Source of the DNA: a virus
Virus record (IMG/VR): IMGVR_UViG_3300048817_000078
Span: 6,072-70,071 of that record
DNA: 64,000 nt
Reading direction: 5' to 3' (one strand)
This document shows positions 35,311 to 45,325 of the stretch, in pieces. The position numbers were made by a program, and so were the translations under genes. The notes beneath the pieces are model-generated. The model was not told the origin of the DNA, made no database searches, and saw only the letters and a list, made by a program, of their open reading frames with translations. The number at the start of each line of letters is the position of its first letter. Position 1 is the stretch's first letter.

Positions 35311-36379
35311 GGTTCCTGCCTCTCTCTTCTATTGGGGAGATGCGATGCGCGACCCGGACCTGCGGCGCTGTACTCATGCCGAGGTCGGGGTGTGGTTCCG
35401 CATCCTCTGCCTCATGTACGAGTCGGAATTCAAGGGAATGCTTGCAACTAAAGGAGTTCCGTGGACCGACGACGAAATCGCTTGTGCGGTCGGCGGTAAT
35501 CAAGCCGAGGCCAAAAAGTGTGTAGCGGGACTTGTAACAAAAGGTGTCGCGTCGCGTACAGAGGAAGGAGCGCTCATCAATAGACGTATGTATCGTGAGC
35601 ATTCCGAAAGACTTGCAACGCGCAAAAGGGTTCACGACTTTCGTGAGCGCCAGAAGGTTAACAGCAATTGTAACGGCGAAGAAGCGCCAAATGTTACGCA
35701 CTGTACTGAAACTGAATATGAAGAACACTCTCTCTTTCAAGAAGAGCTAAATAAAGAAACCACTACGCGCGAAAATCTGTCGACCGAAGAGCAGGAAGAG
35801 AGAATCTACGACGCATACCCGCGGAAGGCTTCGCGCGGCACCGCACTAAAAGCCATCCGCGCCGCAGTTGGCAAGCTCGTCATAGGCAGCGTAAAGAAGC
35901 CGCCCATGAACGCGCGCGAGGCGAGGCGGTGGCTCTGGGAGCGTGCAGCCGAGTACGCGGCATCGCCGGCCGGGCAGAAGGCTCCTGGCGAAGAAGAATG
36001 GCGACCGTACGCGGCCACGTGGTTCAATGGCGAGCGGTATTTTGACGACGACTCAGAGTGGCAACAGGGTGGAGGCAAACGTGGAGCGAGTGGGGGAAAT
36101 AATCAAGGCGCAGCAGCAGCCAGGGTCAAACGCACTGGCTCTGCCTGGGACACAGCAATTGAGCAGAGACTCGCTGGTCCAACTGGGAACGATGCTGCGC
36201 CAGATGTCGGCAGCATTTCCCCATCAGGAATACGACAGCGAGACGACGAAGGTCTTTCTGCTGACCTTCGAGGACCTAGCGATGGAGTACGGCATGCAAA
36301 GCCTCGAGACGGCCCTCCGCTCGTTCCTGACGCGCCAGAAATTCTTTCCCCACCCCAGCGAGGTCCGCGAGGTACTTGA
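35303..36379 (+). CDS. Replication initiator (lambda O-like)
   Basis: N-terminal HTH-like region; YPRK...ALKA...ATWFNGERY C-terminal motif. Confidence 0.75.
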   Translation: MGKVPASLFYWGDAMRDPDLRRCTHAEVGVWFRILCLMYESEFKGMLATKGVPWTDDEIACAVGGNQAEAKKCVAGLVTKGVASRTEEGALINRRMYREHSERLATRKRVHDFRERQKVNSNCNGEEAPNVTHCTETEYEEHSLFQEELNKETTTRENLSTEEQEERIYDAYPRKASRGTALKAIRAAVGKLVIGSVKKPPMNAREARRWLWERAAEYAASPAGQKAPGEEEWRPYAATWFNGERYFDDDSEWQQGGGKRGASGGNNQGAAAARVKRTGSAWDTAIEQRLAGPTGNDAAPDVGSISPSGIRQRDDEGLSADLRGPSDGVRHAKPRDGPPLVPDAPEILSPPQRGPRGT

Positions 36380-36566
36380 CGAAATGGCCACAAAAGCAAA
36401 GCAGAAAGCAACCGCCGCACTCCCGAAGGTGGGTTGCCCCAAATGCCACGAACAGCCGGCCGCGGGCTATATCTGGCACAAGAACGAGAAGGGCGACACG
36501 TACGTGACCGAGTGCGACTGCCTGCTTGAGCGGCGCCGGGCCAAGAAGGCGATGGCGAGCGCATGA
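36081..36566 (+). CDS. Helicase loader / lambda P-like replication protein
   Basis: GGAGG RBS before GTG 36081; FFPHPSEVRE; C-terminal CPKC...C.C. Confidence 0.6.
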   Translation: MERVGEIIKAQQQPGSNALALPGTQQLSRDSLVQLGTMLRQMSAAFPHQEYDSETTKVFLLTFEDLAMEYGMQSLETALRSFLTRQKFFPHPSEVREVLDEMATKAKQKATAALPKVGCPKCHEQPAAGYIWHKNEKGDTYVTECDCLLERRRAKKAMASA

Positions 36567-36759
36567 GCACGCACAAGTTCGCCCCGGACCCAGACCACCC
36601 GGCGTACTGCTTGTGCAGTTTCCATAAGAACCATCGCGCCCACGGCCTTGAGGCGGAGCGAGACAAACTCATCGAAGCCCTGACCCGCTGCCGCCTGCTG
36701 GGCAACGCGCATGTGAGGAAAGTGGTGGACGAAGCGCTGGGTATGGCGAAGGGGAAAGC

Positions 36760-37293
36760 ATGACCACCGCCTCCCTCTTCCCCAACCACCAAAAGTCCCG
36801 CTTCCTGGAGATTACCGGCCAGCGCTACAGGGCCATGCACGTGCGCCTCCAGCGCAAGAATCTGCCGCCGCCGCCGTTCACGCTGGCGCAACTACGCACC
36901 TACCTCCTCGACGCCATGGGCGACCGCTATGACGGCGCGATGAAATGCCGGTACTGCGGCCGTGTCTGTGACATATCCGAAGTGGAACTCGACCACGAAA
37001 TCCCGCTCAGCCGCGGAGGTGGCCTCGGCCTCGATAACATCGGCACGCCTTGCGCCCGCTGTAACGCGGCAAAAGGGCAATCTACCAGCGAAGAGTGGAC
37101 GCTGTTTATGCAATTCCTCGAAAAGAACCTCCCCTTTGCGCGTGCAGACATCCTGGACCGGCTGTCGAAGTACGGGAAGCTTGTATCAGCCAAACGCCAA
37201 GCGGAGATGCTGGCGCGGTCCAAGGGCGAACCAACAAAGAAACGAAAGCCGGGTAAACCGCCGCTTGTGGCGGCAATCGAGGAGGTTTTCTGA
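36760..37293 (+). CDS. HNH endonuclease
   Basis: CRYCG...ELDHEIPLSRGG...DN...CARCNAAKG. Confidence 0.85.
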   Translation: MTTASLFPNHQKSRFLEITGQRYRAMHVRLQRKNLPPPPFTLAQLRTYLLDAMGDRYDGAMKCRYCGRVCDISEVELDHEIPLSRGGGLGLDNIGTPCARCNAAKGQSTSEEWTLFMQFLEKNLPFARADILDRLSKYGKLVSAKRQAEMLARSKGEPTKKRKPGKPPLVAAIEEVF

Positions 37294-37646
37294 TGAAGCC
37301 ATTCAACCTAGAGCGGGCGCTCGCGGGCGACCCGGTAATTACACGCGATGGGACGGCAGTAGAGCAAATCGTCCACTTCGAGAGCCTGCGATTTCCGCAC
37401 GCCCAGCTCGTCTACGGCGTGGTAGATCGCACCGTCTACTCGTGGTATGGGGACGGCAGGTATATGTCAAACAGTTCTAGCTCCAAAGATCTCTTCATGG
37501 CTCCGCGCAAGCGCACGGTTTGGGTGAATCTCTATAGCGATAACGCCAGACACGCATGGCACTACGAAAGCCAGGAGAAGGCCGATAGAAACATCGGGCC
37601 CGGCCGCATCGGCGACCGCGCGTACCCAATTGAGATCGAGGAATAG
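37293..37646 (+). CDS. Hypothetical phage protein
   Basis: KPFNLERALAGDPVITRDG...DLFM motif common in phages. Confidence 0.6.
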   Translation: MKPFNLERALAGDPVITRDGTAVEQIVHFESLRFPHAQLVYGVVDRTVYSWYGDGRYMSNSSSSKDLFMAPRKRTVWVNLYSDNARHAWHYESQEKADRNIGPGRIGDRAYPIEIEE

Positions 37647-38060
37647 ATGGCCATCCACATAGACTTTGCCTGCAACAACCCCGACTGCGGGCACCCGGTC
37701 GGCAAGTTCCACCGACTCAACGTCGAAGTCGGAGCCGACTTCATGGAGTTCGAGGGCCCCATTTACCAAAGCGACGGCGTAACGCTGATGGTCGACAGCA
37801 GCGGGCGCTTTGCCAAGATAGGACGGCTCACGGTGGACATCCTCGGCTATCACGCCTGGGCCGGTAACTGGTGCTGGGACCGCATCTCGGTCGCGTGGCC
37901 CGAAGCGCTCAAAATAATCAACTACCTCGGCAGTCTCGAGAAGCAGGGCTGGCACATGTCCTGCGGGCCCACGGAACTATTCGACGCTTTCAACGCACGC
38001 CACGCCATCACGCCGGCAGAGTGGAAGGCAAACAACGAACAGCGACACGCAACGCGGTGA
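37647..38060 (+). CDS. Hypothetical protein
   Basis: Abuts the upstream stop; coding-like composition. Confidence 0.55.
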   Translation: MAIHIDFACNNPDCGHPVGKFHRLNVEVGADFMEFEGPIYQSDGVTLMVDSSGRFAKIGRLTVDILGYHAWAGNWCWDRISVAWPEALKIINYLGSLEKQGWHMSCGPTELFDAFNARHAITPAEWKANNEQRHATR

Positions 38061-38069
38061 AAGGAAACA

Positions 38070-38690
38070 ATGACTGACGCAGAATTGGCACGCTGCTTTT
38101 TTCCGCAAGTGAGGAAAGAGCTAATCATCGAAACCCTCAGCCTCCTGCAAACCCGTGCAGGCGAATCCCGCATCAAACTCGGGCTGGTTATGCCGCTCAG
38201 CGACGGCAAGCTGGTAGGAATGCCTTCCTGGCTTGGGGATTCGTACGATGTAATCGCCCGCGAAGGAAGCCTCCTCGGCGCGGATAAGTGGACGCACGAC
38301 CTCAAGGAAATGACGCTGACTATCTACTCGACCGAAGACTCGCAGAAGCCGGCACAGCTGGCCGTGGCGCCGCTCATCAACGCGTTCATTCTGCGGCGCG
38401 ACCCGCAGGAAGAAGACGCCGAAGAACTGTCAGACGTAAACCTGCATTTCGTCGCGTACGTGACCGCAAACACGGAACTGTGGGCATGGTTCTATCTGCA
38501 CTTTCGCAAGAGCATCTTCACGAAGTTTGAGACGACGCAGATGGACTTGCCGATGGCGCCTCCGGCCGAGCAGCAGCTCCCCCTGGTCGGCGACCAATTC
38601 GACGGCGAGCGCCGGCAGGACCTCAGCCCGGCGAAAGATGCGGAGTTCGAGAAGCCGGCAAAGGGCAAGAAAGAGCCGGTGCTGCAGTAG
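38070..38690 (+). CDS. Hypothetical protein (206 aa)
   Basis: AAGGA RBS; coupled to the C5 methyltransferase. Confidence 0.65.
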   Translation: MTDAELARCFFPQVRKELIIETLSLLQTRAGESRIKLGLVMPLSDGKLVGMPSWLGDSYDVIAREGSLLGADKWTHDLKEMTLTIYSTEDSQKPAQLAVAPLINAFILRRDPQEEDAEELSDVNLHFVAYVTANTELWAWFYLHFRKSIFTKFETTQMDLPMAPPAEQQLPLVGDQFDGERRQDLSPAKDAEFEKPAKGKKEPVLQ

Positions 38691-39595
38691 TGATGAAGCC
38701 GATTTGCTACGACCTTTTTTGCGGGCTTGGCGGATGGAGCACAGCGTTCCTCGCGGAGGGATACGAGTGCGTCGGCTTCGACATCGAGGCGCATGACTAC
38801 GGCACAGGCGGCTATCCTGGCACGCTGATCATTCGCGACGTGCGATCGATTCACGGCTCGGAACTGAAAGACGCTGCCGTGATCGTTGCGAGCCCGCCGT
38901 GCCAAGCGTATAGCTACCGGGCGATGCCATGGAAGCGAGCCAAGGCGCTTCCGCCGCCAGACAACACCCTGTTCAACGAGTGCTTTCGCATCCAGCGTGA
39001 GGCCAGCGAAGCGGCAGGGCATTACATCCCGCTGATCGTCGAGAATGTGCGCGGTGCTCAGAAGTGGGTAGGTCGGGCACGCTGGAATTACGGCAGCTTC
39101 TATCTTTGGGGCGACGTGCCGGCACTTATGCCGATGACGATTGCGCGAAAGGTTTCCGGTTTTCGTTTCGACGGTGAGAGCCACGGCTCATTCCAGACTG
39201 CGGCGGTGAATGAAGCAATCAAAAACGGCGGCGGCTCGTGGTTCGCGGTGGCGCACAACACGGCGAGTGGAAAGGGGCAGAATCCAGATGGGCGCAAGGG
39301 AATTCCGCATCGCACTGCTGGCCACTGGACGAACCCGGCAGAACACGAGGGTGTAAAGCAGGGCGGCAGCGGCGCGGCATGGTTCGATAAACTCCTGGAC
39401 GAACGAAGAAAAGAAGCCACTGCGATCAAAAACGGCGGCGACTGGTTTTCGTCGGGCGAGAATTGCTCGCTCCAGCGCCGGCAATCGAGTAGGGGCACAT
39501 CCCGCAAGGCCGCATCCGCCCACATCGCCAAAATCCCTTTCCCGCTGGCGCAGCACATCGCCCGCTGTTTCCTGCCTGTCGAGGTGCCCGCGTGA
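38690..39595 (+). CDS. DNA cytosine-5 methyltransferase-like protein
   Basis: Motif I DLFCGLGG, motif IV SPPC, motif VI ENV, C-terminal KIPFPLA. Confidence 0.8.
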   Translation: MMKPICYDLFCGLGGWSTAFLAEGYECVGFDIEAHDYGTGGYPGTLIIRDVRSIHGSELKDAAVIVASPPCQAYSYRAMPWKRAKALPPPDNTLFNECFRIQREASEAAGHYIPLIVENVRGAQKWVGRARWNYGSFYLWGDVPALMPMTIARKVSGFRFDGESHGSFQTAAVNEAIKNGGGSWFAVAHNTASGKGQNPDGRKGIPHRTAGHWTNPAEHEGVKQGGSGAAWFDKLLDERRKEATAIKNGGDWFSSGENCSLQRRQSSRGTSRKAASAHIAKIPFPLAQHIARCFLPVEVPA

Positions 39596-39806
39596 CCCCC
39601 AAACCGGACCCCTACACGACCGTCTGCATCCACTGCCCCGGTGGCCCGAAGCGGAAGCCAAACGGCCTTTTTACCCCAGGCGAGCTGCAACGCCGACACC
39701 CCAAATGCCGCGCCTGCATCTCGGATATCAACAGCCGGAGGGGCCGGGGTAGAAGCAGGACGATAGCCGGCGAGGTACGGGATTCACTGGGAAAACGAAA
39801 AAAAAC

Positions 39807-39835
39807 TTGACAGGATTTTCGGGGTGTCATCGAAT
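39807..39835 (+). promoter_or_regulatory. Possible sigma70-type promoter
   Basis: A-tract, then TTGACA-N17-TCGAAT (weak -10). Confidence 0.35.
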
Positions 39836-39953
39836 CCCGAATTGAGGACCAATCCCTCCGCTGCTGCTGGTAACCGGGGCTTCTCGAGCCCCGTCCAGCA
39901 CTCCCGCTGCGAAAGTGCCGGGCTGGTGTGCGGTAGGCGTAGCCATCGAAAAA

Positions 39954-40220
39954 ATGAACAGACGGCGGTTTTTCTCACTCTTCGGGTTGGCTGCTGCTGG
40001 AGCAATCGTTGCGGCACCAAAGAGCTATTTCTTCGCGCCGGTCGGTGGCTGGCATAGGCCCGGATTGGTATGGCATCGGATGCCTAGCAATCTTCCGAGC
40101 ACCCCATTCCTACAGTCGTCCGTAAAAGGCGGCAGTCTGGTCCTCTCGTTACCCCAAGGCCCAGTAATCAGCCTTTACCCGAAAAGCGCTTGGCGCATCC
40201 TCGAAGATCTAGCCGGCTAA
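39954..40220 (+). CDS. Small protein with twin-Arg signal-like N-terminus
   Basis: MNRRRFFSLFGLAAAGAIVAA. Confidence 0.55.
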   Translation: MNRRRFFSLFGLAAAGAIVAAPKSYFFAPVGGWHRPGLVWHRMPSNLPSTPFLQSSVKGGSLVLSLPQGPVISLYPKSAWRILEDLAG

Positions 40221-40251
40221 ATTCCAACCCACAACCGAGGGCCTAAAAAGC

Positions 40252-40563
40252 ATGGGAACGCGCTGTTACCCGCAAGTGGAAAACTGTCGCCTAGTCGAAG
40301 CTTTCACGGGCAGGCTTATTGCACGGCTCACCCGCTCAGAAGGCGAAAGCATGGTGCGAGCAGGCACAGCTAGGCGCAACGGCCACAAGTACACCCTGAT
40401 AACGCACCCGCACCCCTCAAACTCGGGAGAAACGGCCCCCTCGCTCATGAAGTACGACACCATGGTGGTCGCAAGCGGCGGCGCTCCGACGATCGAGGAA
40501 TTCGAGCGGCTCGCGGGGTGGGGATTCCATGTGTCCCGGCCGCAGAGTCCGCAGCTGGCCTAG
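40252..40563 (+). CDS. Hypothetical protein
   Basis: GAGG RBS; 103 aa. Confidence 0.5.
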   Translation: MGTRCYPQVENCRLVEAFTGRLIARLTRSEGESMVRAGTARRNGHKYTLITHPHPSNSGETAPSLMKYDTMVVASGGAPTIEEFERLAGWGFHVSRPQSPQLA

Positions 40564-40768
40564 ATTCTGTCCTGGCATTTGTGGCGGCGCATTTCGCGCG
40601 CGCCCAAGAAGGCCCCGCAGCCGTTCTTGCAGGGCCTCAACTTCGCAGGCCGACCGCCAAGCTGGTCGGGCTTCCGTCTCGCGGCATTACGCCGGGCGAG
40701 TTCCGAGGCCAAGAGCGGGTAGGGCACGGTGCGGAGTTGCTCGCGGATGAGGTCTTCGTCGGTCATGA

Positions 40769-41062
40769 CTAGAGCCTCCGTGCGGGAACAAAGCCGGCGC
40801 GTGCGACCGTGGACGGCGGGATGCGCTTATGGCAATGAGGGCACTTTATGCTCGGAGAGGCGCTGGGCTTAAAGCTGTGTTGCTGCATTTTTTCGCGGCG
40901 CAGACAGCCGCAAGATTTCGTGTCACCCCCGCGAAGCTGAGTCGCCGTGGTCGTTATTTTATCCCCGCAGTCGCATTGGCACAGGTAGCGCGCATGCGGA
41001 TGTGGACCTGGTGATGGGACGCGACGAAGCACGAGCAAGCGGGTAAAACGTGAGCCGCTCAA
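40769..41062 (-). CDS. Stand-alone N-terminal module of HNH/AP2-type homing endonucleases
   Basis: GSRFTRLLV...YLCQCDCG...LRGGDTKSCGC; no nuclease domain follows. Confidence 0.6.
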   Translation of the reverse strand: MSGSRFTRLLVLRRVPSPGPHPHARYLCQCDCGDKITTTATQLRGGDTKSCGCLRREKMQQHSFKPSASPSIKCPHCHKRIPPSTVARAGFVPARRL

Positions 41063-41511
41063 GTCGGCGGCCCGCGGCGCGGCGTCTCAATCATGAGAGC
41101 GCAAAGACGTTCATTGTCCTGGGGTTATAAATAGAAACGCCTGCGCGTTTCCCCGGACCTGGCTGTTGCGGGACTCGAGGAGATTTTGAATGCGATACTC
41201 GTGTTCCTCCAACCGAAGCTCGCTCTTCTAGGATTCAAATTGGAGATATCGGCTGCGCGCATCACCCCCGATGTCGCCCAGGCAAAACGCGGAAAAGTGC
41301 CTATACCAAGTGGACTTCTCAGCGGCATAAAGGGAGGGGTTACCCTCAAATCTACCGCAGACAAACCTAAAAACTAGGTTCATCATTGTCGTCTCGGGTA
41401 CAGACGGTGTAGGCCCTCGCAGAGAAGCGCTGATCACTCACAACACAGCAACGAAAACGCAAGCTTCGCGCGAAGGCGCTTGCGAGGGGTCTACGGTCTC
41501 CTTGCATTGCT

Positions 41512-41877
41512 GTGGATTACTGTCATTTTATCGCCTCGCTCGAACCCGAAGGGCGCCCGCCGAAAGAACTGCTCTTTCCGGGGCTGACGCCGGAACAAGT
41601 GACGGTCGCATTCATTCGCGCGTGCCAGGCCGCGAGCATCGAGGATTTCTCCCTCCATGACCTGCGGCACACGTTCGCGTCGCAGTTACGAATGAAGGGT
41701 GCCGACCTGCACACCGTCGGCCAACTGCTCGGGCACAAGGACCTTCGCATGACCGCCCGCTATTCGCACCTGAACCCTGAATTTCTAGGCGCCGCGGGCA
41801 GCAAACTCGATGACGTCTTCACGGACCTCACCCCGTCCGACGGATTCAAATGGGTTGTCGAACCGATCTTCAAGTGA
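41512..41877 (+). pseudogene. C-terminal fragment of a second tyrosine integrase
   Basis: LHDLRHTFAS...VGQLLGH...MTARYSH; N-terminal two-thirds absent. Confidence 0.85.
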
Positions 41878-41899
41878 GTCCGGCGGTGTTCACAAACCA

Positions 41900-42275
41900 C
41901 ATGGTTACGTCACGCCCAAAGAGGTCCCGAAGAAGCCGGTTACGAAGCTGGGAGACCTGTATCTCCTGGGCAAGCATCGGTTGCTGTGCGGGGACAGTAC
42001 GAAGGCAAAGGACGTCGAGAGGGTGCTTGGTGGGCAATAAGCTGCACCCGACGCCAAAGCAGGTAAAGCTGTGGGCGGCCATGATTGAAGATTTCACCGA
42101 TGCTGACGACCTAATATTCGAGCCATTCGGCGGCTCGGGCACGGCCACGATTGCCGCTGAAAAGACCGGGCGGCGGTGCTCCAGCATAGAGATCGAGCCC
42201 AAGTATTGTGACGTCATCCGGTTGCGCTGGGAAGGCGCCACAGGCCAGAAGGCGAAGAAGGTAGCCGGTGGCTAG
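41900..42275 (+). pseudogene. Internally deleted, frameshifted N6/N4 DNA methyltransferase
   Basis: PVTKLGDLYLLGKHRLLCGDST joined out of frame to HPTPK...EPFGGSGT..IAAEKTGR...EIEPKYCDVI; the DPPY catalytic part is missing. Confidence 0.85.
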
Positions 42276-42729
42276 CAAAAAGAAGGCCAAGCCCGCACAG
42301 GGCAACGTGGCGCGAAGTGCAGGCAACCCTGGTAACAGGGAGCAGAACAGGGCAAAACGGCCTACCCAGAAGCAGCTAGACGCCCTGAAGGCGACGCAGT
42401 TCAAGCCCGGTGAGTCAGGAAACCCCTCGGGCCGCCCAAAAAGCCCCTTCACAGACGCCGCCCGCCGCCTAGCCGACCAGATAGTCAAGGCCGACGCGGA
42501 AAAGCGGACCTTTGCAGACCTGGCCGTCCGCGGCATGTACAACGAGGCAATTAAGGGCAACGTCCAGGCGTTCTCGGCGCTGGCTGACCGGTTGGAAGGA
42601 AAGCCGATGCAAGCCCACGAAGTCAGCGGTCCCGGCGGCGGTGCCATCCCGCTCACGTCGATGACCCCGGAAGAGAACGAGAAGCGCATCGCGGAGCTGC
42701 AGGCAAAGCACGGTGGATTCAAAGAGTAA
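42268..42729 (+). CDS. terS: Terminase small subunit
   Basis: TQFKPGESGNPSGRPK; upstream of terL. Confidence 0.85.
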   Translation: MASKKKAKPAQGNVARSAGNPGNREQNRAKRPTQKQLDALKATQFKPGESGNPSGRPKSPFTDAARRLADQIVKADAEKRTFADLAVRGMYNEAIKGNVQAFSALADRLEGKPMQAHEVSGPGGGAIPLTSMTPEENEKRIAELQAKHGGFKE

Positions 42730-43040
42730 AGCGTCATGCTATGCTGAGCCCGAGTGCGACAGGCTAGGGCGAAGCATGACATCCGCGCCCCGCTTTTTGT
42801 TTACTGGATAGAGGGAAGCTTATGCGGAGTGTGATAACCCGAGAGGAAGTCATCGAGTCCGCGCTGCACTGGGGCCTGGATATGCGCGAATGGGAAGAAG
42901 TCCGCATCCAGCAAATCGTGGACATCGTAAACACCCCGATCGAGTTCCCCGCGTTGCCGCTGGGGATGAAAGTGGAGCTTGATCCATCGATGCCGGTCGG
43001 CGCACTGCGGTTCCACTACCCCCGCTACCCAGGTGTCTAG

Positions 43041-44867
43041 GTGGCCACCGCCTCAACCCTCAGCCCGGAAGAGTGGGAGGAATGGCGACAACGCAAGGAG
43101 TTGTCTCACCCGGTAGGTTTCGCCGAGAGATGGCTCGCGTCCGACGTCTGGGGCATTCAGAAAGACATTCTTGAGGCAATTGCCAGCGGCTCAAAAATAG
43201 CCGTGAAAGCCTGCCACTCCAGCGGAAAGACATACATCGCCGCAGTCGCCGTTCTGTGGTTTCTATCTCGCCATAGCGAGGCGATTGTTGTCACGACGGC
43301 ACCCACGCACAACCAGGTCGAGAAGCTGCTCTGGGGAGAAATCCACTCGGCTCTGGCCAGATCGAGTTACCCGTTCCCGAAAGCGACCCTCACCGAGCTA
43401 AAGTTTGGCCCGAAACGTTACGCGCTCGGATTCACGACCAGCGTCACCAAGCAGGACGAAGGCGTAAAGTTTCAGGGTTTCCACGCTGAAAACATTCTCG
43501 TGGTTCTGGACGAGGCACCTGGCGTAGACGCAAAAATCTGGGAAGCCATCGAAGGCGCACGAGCCGGCGGGAACGTCTCCATCCTGGCGCTGGGCAATCC
43601 GACAATCGCATCCGGCCCGTTCCACGAATCCTTCCACGGTAACCGGGAGGCTTGGAAGCTATTCACAATCTCGGCTTTCGATACGCCGAACTTTGATGGC
43701 GTAAGCCTCACTTACCGGGGCGACGATGGCAGGCCGGTTACGCTGGGGCACGGCAGTACGGACCTCCTGGACCTCAAGGAGGAAGAACTCGATACCAACA
43801 TTCGCCCGTATCTCACAACGCGGCGGTGGGTGAAGGAGAAGTTCTTCGAGTGGGGGCCAGGACATCCGCTCTGGGAATCCCGCGTGTGCGGCAACTTCCC
43901 GGCGCAGGCTGAAGATGCGCTGCTATCGCTGGCATGGTTGGAGCGTGCCAAGAATTCCGAACGCATAGGCGTCGGCAAAGTTACTGCTGGCCTCGACGTT
44001 GCTGGACCTGGCGAGGATGAGACGGTTCTCACAATTCGACGCGGTCCTCAAATCCTGTTGCAGAAGTCGTGGCCGCAAGCGGATCCACGTGGTTCGGTTA
44101 TCGCAGAGTTGAATCCGTACAAGCCCGAACTCGAAGCCGTCAACGTTGATTCAATCGGCATCGGCTGGGGAATGTATCAGCATCTCCTGGACCATAAGTT
44201 TCCGGCGCGAGCGGTCAACGTCGGCGAAAGTCCGCTGGACGACGAGAAGTATGCAAACCGAAAGGCCGAACTCTATTGGGGCTTGCGGATGCGGCTGCAG
44301 GCTGGCGACATGTCCGGGCTCATGGACGAACGCTGCATAGGCCAACTCGCCGGGATTCGCTATAAACACAATGCGCGCGGACAGGTCCAGATTGAAAGCA
44401 AAGACGACGCCCGGAAGCGCGGAGTGAAATCGCCGGATAGGGCGGAGTCGGTAATGCTCGCCTTTGCGAGTAATAATCAAACCTACGGACTCATCGAGTA
44501 CATGAAGCAACTCGACAAGGATCTTATGGCGAAGCGACTGTGCAAGAGAACGAACGGGCACGACAACGGGAAGAAAGAAAGCCCGCTAGGCTCGTTGAAA
44601 GGCGTGCTCGCCGAACCGGGCGACGAGATAGCGCCAAACATCAATCCGCTGGCGAAGACGAACGGGCACGCACCCGACGCTGAGACGCCCCATACCGACG
44701 AGAAGATCGCGGTTGACATCCCCAGCAACGTAGACCGGTGCCCGGAGTGCAAGAGCGTTCTTGTGCAGCGCGTGGCCGGCGGCAAGCGGTGCGGGCAATG
44801 CGCTCACCAGTGGCAGCAACCGGGCTTGCGAATGGGCCAGGTTAGCCCGGGGCAGTTGAGGAAATAG
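43041..44867 (+). CDS. terL: Terminase large subunit with C-terminal zinc-ribbon extension
   Basis: Walker A ACHSSGKT, Walker B VVLDEA, nuclease GLDVA...D, SPDRAES. Confidence 0.95.
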   Translation: MATASTLSPEEWEEWRQRKELSHPVGFAERWLASDVWGIQKDILEAIASGSKIAVKACHSSGKTYIAAVAVLWFLSRHSEAIVVTTAPTHNQVEKLLWGEIHSALARSSYPFPKATLTELKFGPKRYALGFTTSVTKQDEGVKFQGFHAENILVVLDEAPGVDAKIWEAIEGARAGGNVSILALGNPTIASGPFHESFHGNREAWKLFTISAFDTPNFDGVSLTYRGDDGRPVTLGHGSTDLLDLKEEELDTNIRPYLTTRRWVKEKFFEWGPGHPLWESRVCGNFPAQAEDALLSLAWLERAKNSERIGVGKVTAGLDVAGPGEDETVLTIRRGPQILLQKSWPQADPRGSVIAELNPYKPELEAVNVDSIGIGWGMYQHLLDHKFPARAVNVGESPLDDEKYANRKAELYWGLRMRLQAGDMSGLMDERCIGQLAGIRYKHNARGQVQIESKDDARKRGVKSPDRAESVMLAFASNNQTYGLIEYMKQLDKDLMAKRLCKRTNGHDNGKKESPLGSLKGVLAEPGDEIAPNINPLAKTNGHAPDAETPHTDEKIAVDIPSNVDRCPECKSVLVQRVAGGKRCGQCAHQWQQPGLRMGQVSPGQLRK

Positions 44868-44885
44868 AAAGGCCAAAGCCAGCCA

Positions 44886-45164
44886 ATGATCGACGACCAC
44901 GTCATCGGCGACATCATCGGCTTCGCCACAACCATTGCGGTTACAATCACCAATCAGATTTTCGTGGAACGCCGCGCCGACCGCGCGCGAAGGGCAGTCG
45001 CGCATACGGTGGTTGCGAGCGAGGCAAAGATAGCCACCGCCCTCGACGTGCATCAGTCCGTCGTGGACGGAAACCTCAAAGAGATTCGGGACACGGCGAC
45101 GGCCAACAATAAGTCGATCGCTGTAGTCCAGGCCACGCTCGACGCCAAGGGAGGTTACGAATGA
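44886..45164 (+). CDS. Small membrane/coiled-coil protein
   Basis: N-terminal hydrophobic helix; ATGA coupling. Confidence 0.5.
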   Translation: MIDDHVIGDIIGFATTIAVTITNQIFVERRADRARRAVAHTVVASEAKIATALDVHQSVVDGNLKEIRDTATANNKSIAVVQATLDAKGGYE

Positions 45165-45325
45165 TCTTCATCCTACTGCTCGTGCTGATCGTCGCCGGCA
45201 TCCTGATGTACGCGCTCTGCACCAGGGACAAGCTGGCCGAGATTGGCCGCATCATGTTCGGCATCGGGCTGTTCTTCCTGGCGTGGACGCTGTTGACCGG
45301 GCACGGGATTTCGCTGCCGAAGTAG
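45161..45325 (+). CDS. Two-helix membrane microprotein (54 aa)
   Basis: GGAGG RBS; almost fully hydrophobic. Not in the ORF track. Confidence 0.6.
   Translation: MIFILLLVLIVAGILMYALCTRDKLAEIGRIMFGIGLFFLAWTLLTGHGISLPK

Noticed and set aside
42730-42800. 8-bp inverted repeat GTCATGCT/AGCATGAC with a T-run after terS
   Set aside because: Probably a simple attenuator/terminator; the U-tract is offset from the stem, so support is too weak to call.
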